DNA of 63,584 bases, the filler included, from Actinomycetota bacterium (GTDB lineage: Bacteria; Actinomycetota; Acidimicrobiia; IMCC26256; VFJJ01), in the NCBI GenBank assembly GCA_009886115.1. It is 3 parts of 3 records of this genome, joined end to end, with 100 filler letters (N's around TTAATTAATTAA, not from the genome) between each part and the next. Parts side by side here need not be neighbours in the genome. Positions count along the whole stretch, not along the records: positions 59,343 to 63,584 come from VFJJ01000039.1; 2 more parts are not named here. One strand, written 5' to 3'. Of this stretch, positions 60,918 to 63,584 are shown piece after piece (positions within the stretch are counted from its first letter, which is position 1; each line of letters starts with the position of its first letter). The translations under genes and the position numbers were made by a program. The notes beneath the pieces were generated by a model. That model saw only the letters and a list, made by a program, of their open reading frames with translations, was not told where the DNA came from and searched no databases.

Positions 60918-60947
60918 CGAGGGGGGAAGGGCGACCTTCCCCCCTCG
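60918..60947. terminator. 13-bp stem with GNRA loop between convergent genes
   Basis: CGAGGGGGGAAGG-GCGA-CCTTCCCCCCTCG. Confidence 0.8.
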
Positions 60948-60969
60948 TCGCGCACTCACCGACGCGGCA

Positions 60970-62070
60970 TCAGGCGTTGTCTGCCAACGCCGAGCCGAGT
61001 CGGTCGCCGGCCGTGTCGGCGGCCGTCGATACCTGGTGCAGTCGCGGTCCGAGGAGCTTGTTCATGAGGTGCTCTCCGGCCAACACTGGCGCGTATCGGG
61101 CAGGACGATCGGGGCTCACACACGTTGGTAACGGCGCCACGAGTGCGTCGTGGTTCCCGTCGCAGAAGAAGGCCATCGACCGCCGCTCGTTCACCCGATC
61201 GGCGAGGCGCTCCGGCGGGATCACCCGGTGCAGGGTCGAGCGCCACTCGTCATTGGTCCATTGGGCGAGGAGATCACCGATGTTCACGACCAGCGCCCCC
61301 GGTTCGGGCACGACATCGTGCCAGGTCCCATCGGCAGCCAGGATCTGCAACCCGGGGACGGGATCAGCGAACAAGACCGTGCAGATGCCGTAGTCGCTGT
61401 GAGCCCCGTGCCCCACCTGATGCGCGACCAGCTCAGGATCGTCGGGTGTGGTCTGGTAGCGGAGGATCCGCAACACGTTCGTGGAATGGTCGATGAAGGG
61501 AGTGAAGAAGTCGTTGCCCATCCCCAGGGCCGCGCTGAAGATCTTGGTGAGGGTGATCGCCACACTCCGGGCGGCCTCGAAATACGCCCACACCGCGTCC
61601 CGAAAGTCCGCTGGTTGGCTGGGCCAGATGTTGGGGGCAAAGAGGTCGTGCCGGCGCGCCTCGTAGCCGCTCTGACCCCGAGGCCAGCCCTCCTCGCCGA
61701 CGTTGAATGCCTCGAACAGGTCAGGTGGTCGAGCGACGCCCAGGCTGTACGACAACGACTCGCTGCCCCGGGGCGCGTAGCCACGATTGATCTCGGCCGA
61801 AGGAGGACGGTGCCTGAGCTTCTCGTGGAGCGGCTGGGCGAAGTAGTCGCCCGTGACCGCCCGCACCCGGGCCACGAGCTCAGGGTCGACACCGTGACCG
61901 ACGATCTGCCAGAACCCGGACCCCCGAGCGGCAGCATCGACTGCCCGAGCCACCGCTGCCCGAGCCGCAGCGGCACCGGCAGCGGCACCGGCACCGCCCA
62001 CTTCGTCGCCCGTCCGCCAGGGGGCGATGTCGATGACGGGAACGGTGTCGGTGCTCGCGTGGGTCGTCAT
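60970..62070 (-). CDS. Isopenicillin N synthase-family 2OG-Fe(II) oxygenase
   Basis: VPVIDI, GFWQIVGHGV, NRGY, AHSDYG (HxD), NIGDLL, STLHRV and RRSMAFF motifs; ATGA overlap with the P450. Confidence 0.9.
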   Translation of the reverse strand: MTTHASTDTVPVIDIAPWRTGDEVGGAGAAAGAAAARAAVARAVDAAARGSGFWQIVGHGVDPELVARVRAVTGDYFAQPLHEKLRHRPPSAEINRGYAPRGSESLSYSLGVARPPDLFEAFNVGEEGWPRGQSGYEARRHDLFAPNIWPSQPADFRDAVWAYFEAARSVAITLTKIFSAALGMGNDFFTPFIDHSTNVLRILRYQTTPDDPELVAHQVGHGAHSDYGICTVLFADPVPGLQILAADGTWHDVVPEPGALVVNIGDLLAQWTNDEWRSTLHRVIPPERLADRVNERRSMAFFCDGNHDALVAPLPTCVSPDRPARYAPVLAGEHLMNKLLGPRLHQVSTAADTAGDRLGSALADNA

Positions 62071-63317
62071 CCGGGGCGTGCCACCACGACCTCGAGATGC
62101 TCGGGGCCGTACTCCTGGACGTGCGCCACGCACTCCCACACGAAGCCAGGCGCCAACGCGACCGTCCCCGGTGCGAACGTGTCGATGAACTCCTCGAGCA
62201 CCACCTTGCCGACCATGCGAGTGAGGTGGTTGCCCAGGCACAGGTGCGGACCGAACCCGAAGGCGAGATGCTCGGGCGGATCGACCCGGTCGAGGCGGAA
62301 CTCCTCGGCGTCGGGGTAGACGGTCTCGTCTCGGCCCGACGACGCGATGCCGAGCATCACGTGCTCGCCCTCGAACACCGGGCACCCACCGATCTCGGTG
62401 TCGTGCTTGATGGTGCGCATGAGGAAGGTGACGGGCGCCTCCATGCGCAGCGTCTCCTCGACGGCCGCGGGGATCTTCGTGCGATCCGACCGGAGCGCGC
62501 CGGCGAACTCGTCGTCGACGAGATAGCGGTGCAGCAGGTTGCCGATCATGTAGCTCGCCGAGAGCGAGCCGGCGAGGATGTTGATCGTCAGGGTGCGGAT
62601 GTGCTCGGGGTGGATGCGCCAGCCGGACTCGTCGGTGGCACGCACCATCACCGTGAGCAGACCGGACGGCGCGTCGGCGTCCGACGCGGCTGCTCGCTCC
62701 GTGATCCAGGCATCGATCTGGGCTGACAGCTCGGGGAAGCAGGCGGCGATTCCCGTGCCCTTGTCGGTGGCGCCCGTGTAGGGCCACGTGCTGTGCAGCA
62801 CTTCGTTGCACCAGTCCATGACCTGTTCGTGCATCTCGTCGGGGATCCCCAGGGCGTGTGCGGCGATCGAGCCCGGAAGCGCGATCGCCAACGCGGCCAT
62901 GAGATCTGCGCCTCCCGAGGCGCTGATGGCCTCCAGCCGGCGGCGCACGTTGGCTCGGGTCCAGGCCTCGTCCTCGTTGGCTGCTTGCAGCGTGAAGCCC
63001 CGCAGGAGGATGCGGCGGATCTTCGGATGCAACGGCGGGTCGAGCTCGCCGAGGAAGCTCTCCTCCTCGGAGACGGTCACCCCCGGTGCTCGCATGTCGC
63101 CCGCCGACGAGAAACCCTTGGCGTCCTTGAAGACCTTCGCCGTGTCGGCGTGGTTGGCCGTGAACACGACGCCGGCAGTGGGCCGCATCACCGGGCACTC
63201 GGTGCGGATGCGGCGGAGGAGATCCCAGTCCTTGGTGCGCTCCATGTCCATCGGATCGAAGGCCAGCTCGGGATCGTCGGTGGGTGCGGGATGGGTGCTG
63301 CTCGGGGGATGGGCCAT
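62067..63317 (-). CDS. Cytochrome P450
   Basis: LDPPLHPKIR, EETLR (ExxR), heme motif HLAFGFGPHLCLG. Confidence 0.92.
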   Translation of the reverse strand: MAHPPSSTHPAPTDDPELAFDPMDMERTKDWDLLRRIRTECPVMRPTAGVVFTANHADTAKVFKDAKGFSSAGDMRAPGVTVSEEESFLGELDPPLHPKIRRILLRGFTLQAANEDEAWTRANVRRRLEAISASGGADLMAALAIALPGSIAAHALGIPDEMHEQVMDWCNEVLHSTWPYTGATDKGTGIAACFPELSAQIDAWITERAAASDADAPSGLLTVMVRATDESGWRIHPEHIRTLTINILAGSLSASYMIGNLLHRYLVDDEFAGALRSDRTKIPAAVEETLRMEAPVTFLMRTIKHDTEIGGCPVFEGEHVMLGIASSGRDETVYPDAEEFRLDRVDPPEHLAFGFGPHLCLGNHLTRMVGKVVLEEFIDTFAPGTVALAPGFVWECVAHVQEYGPEHLEVVVARPG

Positions 63318-63584
63318 GACCCTCATTCAAGCTGCTGGCGCCGCCGCGTTCAAAGGTTGCCTCCGGCGACGCAGGGAGGGTCCTCGCTCCGCGGCTCGTC
63401 GACCGGACCGACGCCGGTCTGGCCGGCGTGGTCGTCGGGTCTTCGACGCCGGTCTGGACCGTACCGGGAGCTGTCGCCGCCCCGATCTCAGTCGCTCCGG
63501 CCTCAGCCGTTGGTGGCACTGCGATCCGGACGGTGACCGCGGTGTTCGACCCCGCCACGATCTGGAGCTCCGACCCACAGCCGC

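Noticed and set aside
60970..63558. 862-aa ORF as a P450-overlapping fusion protein
   Set aside because: Only the part from ATG 62070 has oxygenase motifs; the upstream part is an off-frame read of the P450 gene.
63327..63584. 3' end of an upstream gene (GSELQIVAGSNTAVTVRIAVP resembles a HATPase end)
   Set aside because: Too short, and that frame has no stop before the P450 gene; it cannot be supported within the window.

Overview
High-GC actinobacterial DNA. The gene content points to Acidimicrobiia (inference): many amidohydrolases and SDRs, DUF3263, DUF3054, LytR_C and GYW-DGG repeat surface proteins. The window is three pieces joined by artificial 100-nt spacers (N44-TTAATTAATTAA-N44) at 31571-31670 and 59243-59342, so adjacency across them means nothing. 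It holds about 48 CDSs. These include catabolic enzymes, a fused ABC exporter, a DUF4011 helicase-nuclease, ftsH, glpD, xseAB, a Fur regulator, an orphan cpaE, an XRE plus HBHA/MLDS-like pair and several large secreted proteins. I saw no rRNA, tRNA, CRISPR array or intact transposase. The most notable signals are: (1) three secreted proteins carrying different N-terminal domains on a shared C-terminal GYW-DGG repeat module, a candidate surface-anchoring system; (2) a candidate ~75-nt C-rich sRNA with a sigma28/WhiG-type promoter, the same promoter type found before cpaE; (3) a LexA-box-controlled pseudogene; (4) an XRE/HBHA-like pair sharing a palindromic operator; (5) several enzymes with altered catalytic motifs; (6) REP-like palindromes, one of which truncates a cupredoxin gene. 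All family assignments come from recognising motifs by eye; no database searches were run.
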